A stretch of 64,000 nucleotides of DNA from an uncultured Opitutales bacterium. Its GTDB lineage: Bacteria; Verrucomicrobiota; Verrucomicrobiia; Opitutales; UBA2987. Below, one piece after another: positions 49,288 through 59,039 of the stretch. Position 1 is the stretch's first letter, and each line of letters starts with the position of its first letter. The translations under genes and the position numbers were made by a program. A model generated the notes under the pieces. That model searched no databases and was not told the origin of the DNA. It saw nothing but the letters and a program-made list of their open reading frames with translations. The stretch lies in NCBI GenBank assembly GCA_964542645.1, contig CAZIUG010000008.1:17848-81847 (forward strand), in the 5' to 3' direction.

Positions 49288-50433
49288 TTAAGTCCAAATC
49301 TCCCGAAAAAACCTTACCAAATTCCCATTAGCAAATTTTTCAACCTGTTCCTCGCCGTACCCAGCATTACGCATAATCTCCAGAAAATCCTGCAGGTCAT
49401 CAATCGTATTAAAATCTGTTGGTGAAAGCTCGAGGCCAAACCCACCATCCAGATCAGTTCCAAAAGCAATACAATCTGTATTGCCCACCAAATCGCAAAT
49501 ATGGTCGATGTGTTCTATTACAGCTCTCATCGGGCGAGTAGCAGTAGGATAATGAGTCTTACGATCCTCAAAATTCCATTTTGGACTTAAAGTGCCTTCC
49601 GCAAACATTAGACCAATCACACCCCCGCGTTCGGTAAGGGCTTTAATCATATCATCACTCAGGTGTCTCTGACCCGGGACCAAAGCTCGACAATTACAGT
49701 GGCTAGCATGAACTGGCCCTTCCCAGTAGTCGAGGATCTGCCAAAAACACTGGTCTGAGGCGTGGGTCAGGTCTATAGCTATATTGGTCTCCTTAAGAGC
49801 ATCCATCATAGCATACGCAGGGGGAAAGAGCCCCCCTTCCGTCCCCGTCCCGTGGCCATAAGTGTTTACCCCGAAATGAGTGAGTGTAACTGAACGAAGC
49901 CCAGCTTCCCACCAAAATGAAACATCGTCAGGACCAAAGATTGGATCAGCGCTTTCCATCGTAAGGATCAAACCCACTGGAGTATCATCCGCAGGATCTC
50001 TCCACGAAGCCACACAGCTGTCAAGATCAGCTCGATCTTTAATGAAAACGATCTCCCCAGCCCTTTCTAGGGCTTGGTAATATGCCAAATGCGAGACACC
50101 TCGGGCATGGGCCACGGCTTGGGTTCGAACTGAATTATGGCTATAAAGGTCCGGATTTTGCACCCTTGCCATAATAGTAGAAAGCATGATTCCAACCCGG
50201 CCCTCACGCATATCTGGGAGCGCCACAGTAGGAGTATACCATCTTCGAACCGGCCCTTTGCGACGCAGAAGGTCCTGTGGTGAAAGCTCTGGAATTTGCG
50301 AATTCCCTCCTCCATAGGGATCTTCACGCTCCCTAAGCACTTTAACTGGCTGGGTAAGGTCCCGTCTGTAAAACAGCGCGTTGAAGGCCATATCGAGATG
50401 GCCATCGACAATGAGTATGGGTTCGGGAGACAT
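49288..50433 (-). CDS. Membrane dipeptidase (peptidase M19) family amidohydrolase, tandem paralog
   Basis: VDGHLD, MESAD, DLTH, ASHCNCR, GTDLDG. Confidence 0.88.
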   Translation of the reverse strand: MSPEPILIVDGHLDMAFNALFYRRDLTQPVKVLREREDPYGGGNSQIPELSPQDLLRRKGPVRRWYTPTVALPDMREGRVGIMLSTIMARVQNPDLYSHNSVRTQAVAHARGVSHLAYYQALERAGEIVFIKDRADLDSCVASWRDPADDTPVGLILTMESADPIFGPDDVSFWWEAGLRSVTLTHFGVNTYGHGTGTEGGLFPPAYAMMDALKETNIAIDLTHASDQCFWQILDYWEGPVHASHCNCRALVPGQRHLSDDMIKALTERGGVIGLMFAEGTLSPKWNFEDRKTHYPTATRPMRAVIEHIDHICDLVGNTDCIAFGTDLDGGFGLELSPTDFNTIDDLQDFLEIMRNAGYGEEQVEKFANGNLVRFFREIWT

Positions 50434-50777
50434 AAAAACTAATCAAAGAAGCTCCGAGAAAAAGATCATCACGTCACAAAAAATCTCAAAAGTCCAGATG
50501 TCAGTGCCAAGGAGTTTCATTTCAGTATAATAAAAAAGCGAAGAAACGGATAATCAGCTACCATGGGTTGCCTAACAGAGCCAGATTTCAGGAGTATTTT
50601 TGTATTCTACTGGAACGATCGCATTCATAATAGGATGGAAATTAGTCATTCAATCCTCCGGTTAAATCTAGCAACGATTCTATTTTCTAAAAGCTTGAAT
50701 ATCGATTTGGTACTATAGAGATAAACTTTGAAAACGAAAAAAGCCATACTTGATAGCTACAAGATGGCCTGCGAACG

Positions 50778-51842
50778 TCACAGTATTTCCAAACCTGGAA
50801 CGGGTGCCTCCTCATCAATCAATCTCTCATTTTTCAATTCAGCCCAAAAATCCGATGGAATATCCTCCTCCAGTAATTCCGTATTGGCTTTAACTTCTAA
50901 GGCAGTACGCCCTCCGGGTATAACACTAGCAACGGCAGGATGCGCCAAAGGAAACTGAAGAGCCGCAGCCGGCAACCTTACTCCATACCTCTCACAAACT
51001 CTCTGGATCTTCGATACCTTCTGAAGAATGTGAGGGGGAGCAGCCGAATAATTGTAATAAGCTCCCTCGACTGCACCTGTTACCAAAATCCCGGAGTTAT
51101 ATGGTCCCCCAATCACGATTTGAACTCCCTTCCTCTCGCAATCTGACAACAAACCACGCAATGAATCCTGCTCTAGCAATGTATAGCGCCCTGCAAGAAG
51201 AAAACAGTCGAAGTCTCCTGCTCGAGCAAAATCAGCCAACATTTGCCACTGATTCATCCCCACCCCGATTGCTTTTACTACTCCCTGGGAACGTAACTCA
51301 TCGAGTACCTTGTAGGCACCATTCATCGCCTCCTTAAAATGGCTGGATACATATGGATTGAGATCGGGTTTCAGGCTGACCCCTTCGTCAGGATCGTGAA
51401 TATAAACGATATCCAATCGATCAGTCTTCAACCGCTCCATGCTTGCATCCAGAGATTTTTTTACGGCCTCCGCAGAATAGTCGAAGACGGCTTTGAACGG
51501 AGGATGGTCAATGAAAAACTGATCTGAGTTTGGAATCTTCGGATTTAGGGGATCGTTTTCTTGGAGCGGAATAAGCGAATAACCTACCTTCGTAGAGATA
51601 GCGAATTCGTCTCGCTTAAACCGTGAAAAATTAGCTCCATACCGTTGTTCGCTTAGGCCATAACCATAAAGAGGTGCGGTATCAAAGTAGCGGATTCCAA
51701 GGGAATGAGCGGTAACTAAACAATCCGTAACATCTGACTCCGCTACGGTTGCAAACAGATTCCCAAACGGTGCTCCCCCGAAGCCCATACAAGTTATTTC
51801 TAGGCCATGAATACCAACTTCCTGTCGTTTCCCTACTTTCAT
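50778..51842 (-). CDS. Aldo/keto reductase, D-threo-aldose/L-fucose/pyridoxal dehydrogenase-like
   Basis: GFGGAPFGN, GIRYFDTAPLYGYGLSE, STKVG, IHDPD, FLLAGRYTLL. Confidence 0.88.
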   Translation of the reverse strand: MKVGKRQEVGIHGLEITCMGFGGAPFGNLFATVAESDVTDCLVTAHSLGIRYFDTAPLYGYGLSEQRYGANFSRFKRDEFAISTKVGYSLIPLQENDPLNPKIPNSDQFFIDHPPFKAVFDYSAEAVKKSLDASMERLKTDRLDIVYIHDPDEGVSLKPDLNPYVSSHFKEAMNGAYKVLDELRSQGVVKAIGVGMNQWQMLADFARAGDFDCFLLAGRYTLLEQDSLRGLLSDCERKGVQIVIGGPYNSGILVTGAVEGAYYNYSAAPPHILQKVSKIQRVCERYGVRLPAAALQFPLAHPAVASVIPGGRTALEVKANTELLEEDIPSDFWAELKNERLIDEEAPVPGLEIL

Positions 51843-52386
51843 TTTGTACTACTATTGCTGAAGATGTTTTCTCTTTAAAGCAAGCCTCCACCAACTGATT
51901 TAGAGGGTCAGATCAACACTTAATAAACCGTATTCTTAGTTAAATTACTGATTACTAATCCAAATGGAAGTCGGTCTTTCCGTTACGCTAAATTCTAGGG
52001 AATGCCATATAAGTCTACACTATTAAATAATAACTTAGAAATTAGCTCTCGATGCTAACAAAGGACCTGGAACATCGAAAATTCCCCTGAGAATTCCGCG
52101 CCAAATCCCCATCTTAACTCCACATTACACTAAGCAAGTCAAACATCTCATAACCAATGTTATATCTTTGAAATACCATTCCTAATATAGTTCGAGTTCT
52201 CCACGATAAATTGATAATAATGGTCTTTCCTATTTAGTGCTTTAAGTCAGACTAATTTAGCTAACATTATTAATCTTACTCTCAATGGGTCGGTGAATTC
52301 ATAGCGGAACATGAGTGCTCTAAAATGGAGTTCTACTCGACTCTTCTATAGACATCTGAGGATAATTTTGTAAGCATAATTAAATC

Positions 52387-53442
52387 ATGATGCGCATATC
52401 TGTATCCAACGATCCCGAGCTCTCTGAAAACTACCTTCGCAAAATGGTACAGCTAGGAGTCGATTGTATCGACTTCGGAGACGGTGCCTGGTTTCCCGGT
52501 GTCGCCGAACAAGGTTATCCAGATTTCGATGAATTAATAAAGATCCGCCGTAAGCTGCGATCCTGGGGGATGGATTGGAACCGCGCTACTTTACCCGACA
52601 TAACAGAAGATTTTTTTCTGGATCGAGAGGGCGCCGATCGAGAACTTGAGAACAGTATTAATGCTCTAAAAGTTTTCGCTGAAGCTGGAGTTCCTATCGC
52701 TCGCCAACGTTGCGAAGGGGACACATTCAACCATTTATTGCGGTTTAATCGCCCGGCTCATCGCGGCGGTTATACAGGGCATGGGGCTACAATGCTTCAA
52801 GGCCACGCTCACAAAATTACAGATAGCGAGTTGCAGGCTCGGAGGGTCCACGTTTGGAATCCTACCGACACAAGTGCTCCCGATCCCGAGCAACTGGATA
52901 ATTGGTGGAAACATTTTTGCCTTGTCTACCAAGAACTCGTGCCAATCGCGGAGGAACACAATATAAGATTGGCCATGCACCCCAGTGATGTCCCTCTTCC
53001 TGAGACACCCTTCGGCTCCCTAGGATTTCACCGCATTATCGATGCTTTCCCAAGCAAACAAGTTGGTTATCTCTACTGTTGTGGTACACGAGCCGAAGCC
53101 GGAGGTCTACCTCTGATTCTAAATGAATTGAATAATTATGGACGCAAGGGACGGCTTTTTATGATCCACCTCCGTAACATTCGGGGATCATTGGCCACTG
53201 CCCAAGCCTACGAAGAAACAGCCCTAGATGATGGCGATATGAACATGTTCAAGATCATACTAGAACTAGACAAAGTGGGCTTCGATGGTTGTATCAATCC
53301 GGACCACATTCCCATTCTCGAAGGCGATTGGGAAGAGAATATGAATCCTTCCAGCAGACAGGTGGCACATCATGGTCTATCCTATGCTGTCGGCTATATC
53401 AAAGCACTGTTAGCTGCACTGGCGGTTTATAAGGGCACCTGA
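52387..53442 (+). CDS. Mannonate dehydratase (UxuA)-family protein, second paralog
   Basis: MHPSDVP, CCGT, IHLRN, DDGDMN, NPDHIP, GYIKAL. Confidence 0.8.
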   Translation: MMRISVSNDPELSENYLRKMVQLGVDCIDFGDGAWFPGVAEQGYPDFDELIKIRRKLRSWGMDWNRATLPDITEDFFLDREGADRELENSINALKVFAEAGVPIARQRCEGDTFNHLLRFNRPAHRGGYTGHGATMLQGHAHKITDSELQARRVHVWNPTDTSAPDPEQLDNWWKHFCLVYQELVPIAEEHNIRLAMHPSDVPLPETPFGSLGFHRIIDAFPSKQVGYLYCCGTRAEAGGLPLILNELNNYGRKGRLFMIHLRNIRGSLATAQAYEETALDDGDMNMFKIILELDKVGFDGCINPDHIPILEGDWEENMNPSSRQVAHHGLSYAVGYIKALLAALAVYKGT

Positions 53443-53504
53443 TAAAACTTCGAAGACATTCTAGAACTTATTTCTGATCCCGTTATAGGAGAATGTTCCC
53501 TAGG

Positions 53505-54308
53505 TTATCCTACCCTGATAATGTCCCGGTTTTGTGCCCAAATAGGATAGAGATCTAGAATTTTTCCGTCACCCGGTAGGGGTTTACCCAATGGTTGAGG
53601 TGGGACCTTAAACGGACCCCGGTTACCTGTGAGATCACTCAGCGTATATCGTAATCCTATAGAGCGCAATAGACGCACTGAGGGAATATTCCACTGAGCA
53701 GAACGAGCCAAAATCAACCCTTCACGATCTAAAATCCATCGACAGGCGGCACTCATAACGATTCGCCCCAAGCCACTAAGTCCTAATTTGGGAGCTACAT
53801 CTATGCCGATCTCGTAGACCGGACCTCCAAGAGGCCATACTGTCGTAAGTGCTACGAGCTTGTTATTCTCTATAATCCCAAAGTTCGCAGATGATCGCTT
53901 CCAATCGCAATGCCAGAATATCTCTGAATCGGCCATTCTAGAGACCTCCTCCTTAGACAGCAAAACCGCAATCTCCTTTTCGCAGGGCTTAAATGTCCCA
54001 GCATCTCCAAAGTAGTAAAAATTCGGACCAAATACGCTTACCCCATGAGGCAACGTAGCTCTAGACAGTTCGTAAGAGCCGAAAATCGAAAAAAGTTCGT
54101 CTTCAGAAAGACTATTTGTGATACTTCTTACTTCGTCAGACAATTTCTCTATCGTTCGTAACATCGACATCTTGCCGATGCGATAGGCCAGCAACGATTC
54201 AGGATAAGCTTCCGCGGGATATTCGAAAAATCCCGATTTAAGCGATCTCCCCATTTTTGAGACAAGCCATTCTTCAAGCCCTGTGAAGGCTGAGATCTCT
54301 TTTAACAT
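53505..54308 (-). CDS. GNAT family acetyltransferase-like protein
   Basis: C-terminal EIGIDVAP..GLSGLG (degenerate motif A) and NIPSVRLLRSIG (motif B). Confidence 0.65.
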   Translation of the reverse strand: MLKEISAFTGLEEWLVSKMGRSLKSGFFEYPAEAYPESLLAYRIGKMSMLRTIEKLSDEVRSITNSLSEDELFSIFGSYELSRATLPHGVSVFGPNFYYFGDAGTFKPCEKEIAVLLSKEEVSRMADSEIFWHCDWKRSSANFGIIENNKLVALTTVWPLGGPVYEIGIDVAPKLGLSGLGRIVMSAACRWILDREGLILARSAQWNIPSVRLLRSIGLRYTLSDLTGNRGPFKVPPQPLGKPLPGDGKILDLYPIWAQNRDIIRVG

Positions 54309-54395
54309 CCTGAGTTTCCAACTCTATAGAAAGGTCACAGCTGACAACTACCACAAATAGATGCCTGATATAGAGGACAAAAATACCAAGATTTT

Positions 54396-55163
54396 CTACT
54401 CATTTTTCGGACGCAAGTCAATATACCGCTCTCCGTGTTTCCCAGCTTTCCCGCGTACGAGATATACAGGTATGGGATGCTCATCCAGGTCCACCCAAGA
54501 GGTATCCGTACTACAGTAGCGAATTGTATATCCAGCTCGCCGTCGTCCCGTTCTGTTTTTTTCACTGCTATGGTATAAGAAGGAATCGTGAATAGACACG
54601 CTTCCTGCAGCCATCTCTAAAGTCACGGCGCACGCTTCCATTTCGGGGGAAACTACTATCTTTTTATTCAACATTTCATTCCCCACTGAGGGAACAGTAA
54701 CTTGTTCCTCGAAACCAACATGCGAGCCTGGAATTACCCTCATAGCCGAATTCTTTTTATTGGCATCATCTATGGCCATCCATACCGTAACAACCTTGGT
54801 GCCGTGCACACTTGGCCAATAATTATTATCCTGGTGCCAGGGTACTGTATCTACACTCTTCGGTGGTTTGATGAATACACTAGAATACACTAGAATCAGA
54901 TTCGGACCCAATACGGATTCTACTGCATCAAGTAGTCGCTGGTGTCGACAAATCTGCAGCCAACGATCATCACGAACATGCGGTTCACCCAAATAGTTAG
55001 GCCTATCTAGTTTACCGATACTGCTGAACCCACCGCAGCTAAGTCCGGCTACACTGGCTTCGTTCATAAGGATCTGATTCGACTTCACCTCCTCATCATT
55101 GAACACTCCCTTGAATAAACAGTATCCATCTATTGAAAAGTGCTTTGGATTTCGATTTAACAT
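54396..55163 (-). CDS. PhyH family dioxygenase
   Basis: VFIKPP, WHQD, MRVIPGSH, LYHSS, RRAGYTIRY. Confidence 0.9.
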   Translation of the reverse strand: MLNRNPKHFSIDGYCLFKGVFNDEEVKSNQILMNEASVAGLSCGGFSSIGKLDRPNYLGEPHVRDDRWLQICRHQRLLDAVESVLGPNLILVYSSVFIKPPKSVDTVPWHQDNNYWPSVHGTKVVTVWMAIDDANKKNSAMRVIPGSHVGFEEQVTVPSVGNEMLNKKIVVSPEMEACAVTLEMAAGSVSIHDSFLYHSSEKNRTGRRRAGYTIRYCSTDTSWVDLDEHPIPVYLVRGKAGKHGERYIDLRPKNE

Positions 55164-55580
55164 TCTAAGTTAATTTCTCACCGTTTTGTTCTACAGATTT
55201 TTATCAGGAGTCCAGGTAGTTCGCCCTACCCTAAAGTCAAGGAAAGAAAATTGAAACGCCGGATAACAAATCCGACAAAAGAGTTCATTCCTCGTTCCTG
55301 AGACTCATAGCCAAATAAGAGACTGGAAATCAGAGGGTCGATACTGATACACTGGAATGCAGCAGTGGAAAATGATCACGGTTACAAATCATTAAAGACA
55401 AAAGAAACATAAACCCAACTCCAATACTTTGTTAAGGTTGTGCAATATTAGAAACGCCTCAACTGATACCGCCTTTAATAAGTGATCCGGGCTCAAATCT
55501 CCACCCGTTAACGGATCTTCCTCAAATCCACAAATGAATACCCTAAATACCGGAATTAAGGGAATCCGTGATTTTTTTTG

Positions 55581-56543
55581 ATGGAGTACACAAGATTAGG
55601 AAGAACAGAACTTAAGGTCAGTGTAGCCGGACTTGGCTGCGGTGGGTTCAGTAGGATCGGACAGGGGACTGGAAAGAGCGATACCAATTCCATTTCGATT
55701 ATCAGAAAAGCACTTGATTTGGGGGTTAATTTTATTGATACGGCAGCGGCATACGGCACCGAATCATTAGTTGGCAGAGCGATCAAAGGATACGAACGGG
55801 ATGGACTTGTCCTTTCAACGAAAGCGGCAGTACACAAAGCCAATGAACTACAGTCTCCAGAAAAGTTGACGCTAAGCCTCGAACATTCACTTCAATCACT
55901 AGGAGTCGACTACGTTGACGTATTTCATCTACACGGAGTACGCCCGAAAGAATACGATTACGTATGCCAAACTCTCTTACCCTTTCTAATAAGACAGCAA
56001 GAAAAGGGAAAGTTCAAATTCCTCGGTATTACAGAAGTTCCTCCCGAAGATTCTGGGCACAGCACATTGGCACGCGCTGTAAAAACACAATTTTTTCCAG
56101 TAATTATGGTCGCTTTCCACATGCTGCACCAATCAGCCCGAAAACTGATATTCCCTACAACACGGAAAAAAAACATTGGCGTGCTTTGTATGTTTGCGGT
56201 CAGACTGCTGTTTAGTGAATCGGGGCGCCTTAAGCGCGTGGTTAGAAATCTGGCAGAAAAAGGGCAACTTCCTGTGGAATTCAAGAAGGACGCTGAACCG
56301 CTTGATTTCCTCATTCACGAAGCTGGTGCGCTATCTATAATCGACGCTGCCTATCGCTACTGCCGTCACTCAAATGGTCCCGATGTGGTCTTGTTCGGTA
56401 CAGGAAATGAGGATCATTTAAAAGCAAACATCGACTCGCTTCTCCGTCCCGCCCTTCCCGAATCAGATATAGCCAAATTGGAAGCCTTGTTCGGAGCTCT
56501 GACCAATATAGGACTCGATGCACCCGGAAAAGGTCAGCATTAG
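55581..56543 (+). CDS. Aldo/keto reductase
   Basis: LGRTELKVS, GVNFIDTAAAYGTE, LSTK, DVFHLH. Confidence 0.9.
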   Translation: MEYTRLGRTELKVSVAGLGCGGFSRIGQGTGKSDTNSISIIRKALDLGVNFIDTAAAYGTESLVGRAIKGYERDGLVLSTKAAVHKANELQSPEKLTLSLEHSLQSLGVDYVDVFHLHGVRPKEYDYVCQTLLPFLIRQQEKGKFKFLGITEVPPEDSGHSTLARAVKTQFFPVIMVAFHMLHQSARKLIFPTTRKKNIGVLCMFAVRLLFSESGRLKRVVRNLAEKGQLPVEFKKDAEPLDFLIHEAGALSIIDAAYRYCRHSNGPDVVLFGTGNEDHLKANIDSLLRPALPESDIAKLEALFGALTNIGLDAPGKGQH

Positions 56544-56816
56544 TCTTCTATTCTGACATGTCCCTGAAGCGTCACTTTGCTACATTTTGTCCTATAACGA
56601 AAGCTGTCCAGAGCCACAGAGACGTCTAACTTAGCGCACCGCAAAGATCTTTATCTATCGTGATTCCCAAAGAAACACCCAAGAATCTTTGGTACAGTTA
56701 ACGCAATAAAATGGAGATTTTATAGCTAATCAAATAAAAGCAACCACAGAAGCATTGTTCTGTATAGACTACATTGAACTTGCAATTCCTTTCCTCCTTA
56801 TCAATCGCTTTAACCA

Positions 56817-57671
56817 GTGACTGAAATTTGTGTTTTCCCCGGCCAAGGTTCTCAAAAAGTCGGTATGGGGGGGGGCTTGTTTGAACGATTTCCCGATGAA
56901 GTGGCTCTGGCAGATCGGATTCTAGGTTATTCGATATCCAGCCTCTGTCTCGATGATCCGAAAAAGCAACTCCACCTGACCGAATATACACAGCCAGCTC
57001 TCTATGTTGTTAATGCACTCTCCTACAGAGCTTTAATCCAGCAACTTGGGAAACCGCCTGTAATTGTTGCTGGACATAGCTTAGGGGAATACAATGCATT
57101 ACATGTAGCCGGAGCTTTTAACTTCGAAGAAGGGTTGAGAATTGTCCTTCGCAGAAGTCTACTGATGAGTCAAATCTCCACTGGAGGCATGGCAGCAGTC
57201 ATAGGGCTAACCCCGGAATCCGTGATTCGTATCATAAAGAAAGCAGATTTTGAAAGTATAGATATTGCTAGTTACAATGCTCCAAATCAAATTGTCCTAT
57301 CCGGCCCATTGGATATCCTCAAGCTTGTCCGGGAAGTCATAATTAAAGAAAATGCTCGTTTTTTTCCGCTTAAAGTCGGCGGACCATTCCACTCTCGCTA
57401 CATGAATAAAGCCGCATGCGGCTTCTCGGATTATCTCACTGAAATTAATTTTCTTCCTCTGAAAATTAAAACCATATCGAACTATACAGGCCGCCCGTTC
57501 CAAAATGACTCAATTAAAGCAAGTCTTGAAAATCAGATTAATCACACAGTTCGCTGGGTAGAAACGGTCGAATATCTTCTCGATCAACCTAACCCAAGAA
57601 TCACAGAGGTCGGTCCAGGGAATGTCCTTACCGGACTAATAAAGAAAATAAAGACAGCTCAAAATCCTTAG
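56817..57671 (+). CDS. fabD: ACP S-malonyltransferase, most similar in pattern to PksC/BaeC-type stand-alone (trans-AT) acyltransferases
   Basis: FPGQGSQ, TQPALYVVNAL, GHSLGEY, PFHS, EVGPGNVLTGL. GTG start. Confidence 0.92.
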   Translation: MTEICVFPGQGSQKVGMGGGLFERFPDEVALADRILGYSISSLCLDDPKKQLHLTEYTQPALYVVNALSYRALIQQLGKPPVIVAGHSLGEYNALHVAGAFNFEEGLRIVLRRSLLMSQISTGGMAAVIGLTPESVIRIIKKADFESIDIASYNAPNQIVLSGPLDILKLVREVIIKENARFFPLKVGGPFHSRYMNKAACGFSDYLTEINFLPLKIKTISNYTGRPFQNDSIKASLENQINHTVRWVETVEYLLDQPNPRITEVGPGNVLTGLIKKIKTAQNP

Positions 57672-58450
57672 GGGTCAATTACGATCAAAGGATTCTCCCG
57701 ATCCTCTAATCCTATGATCCTAGTTTTGACCCTGAATACCGATTCTAAGTTTTCGGCTACCAATATCTCATTCGTTGGGCCAAAGGCTACCAGTTCCCCT
57801 CCGTTCAACAAGACAACTATATCAGCATAACTCATCGCCAAATTAAGGTCGTGTAGGATAATAAAAATCCCTATTCCTCGGTCCGCCCATTGCTTTGCGA
57901 TCCGCAAAATGGAGTGCTGATGTAAGAGATCAAGACTGGTGGTAGGTTCATCGAGGAACAAGTATTTATTCTTACCTTCATCCACTTCCCACACCTGGCT
58001 CAGCACCCGTGCAAAATGAACTCGTTGGCGCTCGCCGCCGGAAAGGGTGGTGTAGTTTCTCATCTCGAACTCTTTCAGATCCACTATCTCAAGCGCGCGG
58101 CGTGCGATCTCAAGGTCCTCGCTACCTTTAATTCCCAAATTGTAAGGTATCCTCCCCATCAATACGACATCTATCACGGTAAAGGGAAATGACAGACTGG
58201 AAATTTGAGGGAGTACAGCCCTTTGGCAGGCCAAATCCTTAGGGGACCATTTTCCTACAGGCCGATCCTCGAATTGGATCTCCCCTCCACTCTCTCTCAG
58301 TTCGCCGGAAAGGATTTTGAGTAACGTTGTTTTTCCCGCCCCATTCGGCCCAATAACAGCAGTAATCTGACCTGGGATAATCGTCAACGAAACATTTTTC
58401 AAAATATCCTTCCTGCCTATGCAAGCAGAAACATTCTTGGCCGTAATCAT
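57668..58450 (-). CDS. hmuV: Heme/iron-siderophore ABC transporter ATP-binding protein (HmuV-like)
   Basis: GPNGAGKTT, LSGGERQR, FLDEPTTSLD, RAVLPQ, LHDLNLA. The ORF extends to 58492. Confidence 0.85.
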   Translation of the reverse strand: MITAKNVSACIGRKDILKNVSLTIIPGQITAVIGPNGAGKTTLLKILSGELRESGGEIQFEDRPVGKWSPKDLACQRAVLPQISSLSFPFTVIDVVLMGRIPYNLGIKGSEDLEIARRALEIVDLKEFEMRNYTTLSGGERQRVHFARVLSQVWEVDEGKNKYLFLDEPTTSLDLLHQHSILRIAKQWADRGIGIFIILHDLNLAMSYADIVVLLNGGELVAFGPTNEILVAENLESVFRVKTRIIGLEDRENPLIVIDP

Positions 58451-59039
58451 CCTTTTAACGGTGTTTGGCCACAATGATAAGCCTTCCACCATCCTCCATC
58501 AATCTCTGCCCATCCTGAGATACTATAGGCAAAAACACCACCGTAATTCTGCTTTTTATAGGCATTCGATTCCTGAATCAACAGAGTGCCCTGTCCTAGT
58601 TTTTGTTTTTAGCCAGGAAATTCCACCAATCAGTATCCACAGGAATCATAAGCGTAAGTATTGACTGGAAAGGTAAACTCTTCCCAAATCGAGTAGATTT
58701 AATCTATTTTATAAACCAATTTTGCGTTACCTCAGCTTCAAATCTAAGGTCTCACTATCATCGAATCTCAAATATGTATTAGAACAAATCTTTCTACAAC
58801 CGGAACACTCCTTCCCTGCCAATGTCCTTAAATATCGTCTCCTAAGCAGATTTATAAGTGCATATTAGCAACAATTTTTCAGTTCCAGGCTAAACCCTCA
58901 AATTTCGAAGTTTTATTTGACCCTACATTAGATCGATACCATCCTCGCCCATTCCAATTTTTAAAACACCTGTATGTCCAACCTCTTTATTGCTTCAAGC
59001 TTGAACTGGGATATTGGTCAATAGATATCCAGAGGATCT

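Noticed and set aside
255-51842. A complete non-phosphorylative L-fucose/L-rhamnose pathway assembled from the GH95-like, AKR and RhamD-like genes
   Set aside because: The genes are 4-50 kb apart, no recognisable lactonase or aldolase of that pathway is present, and family-level calls do not establish substrates.
58451-59039. Cobalamin riboswitch or Fur box upstream of the hmuV-like gene
   Set aside because: I found no B12-box or GATAATGATAATCATTATC-like sequence on either strand.
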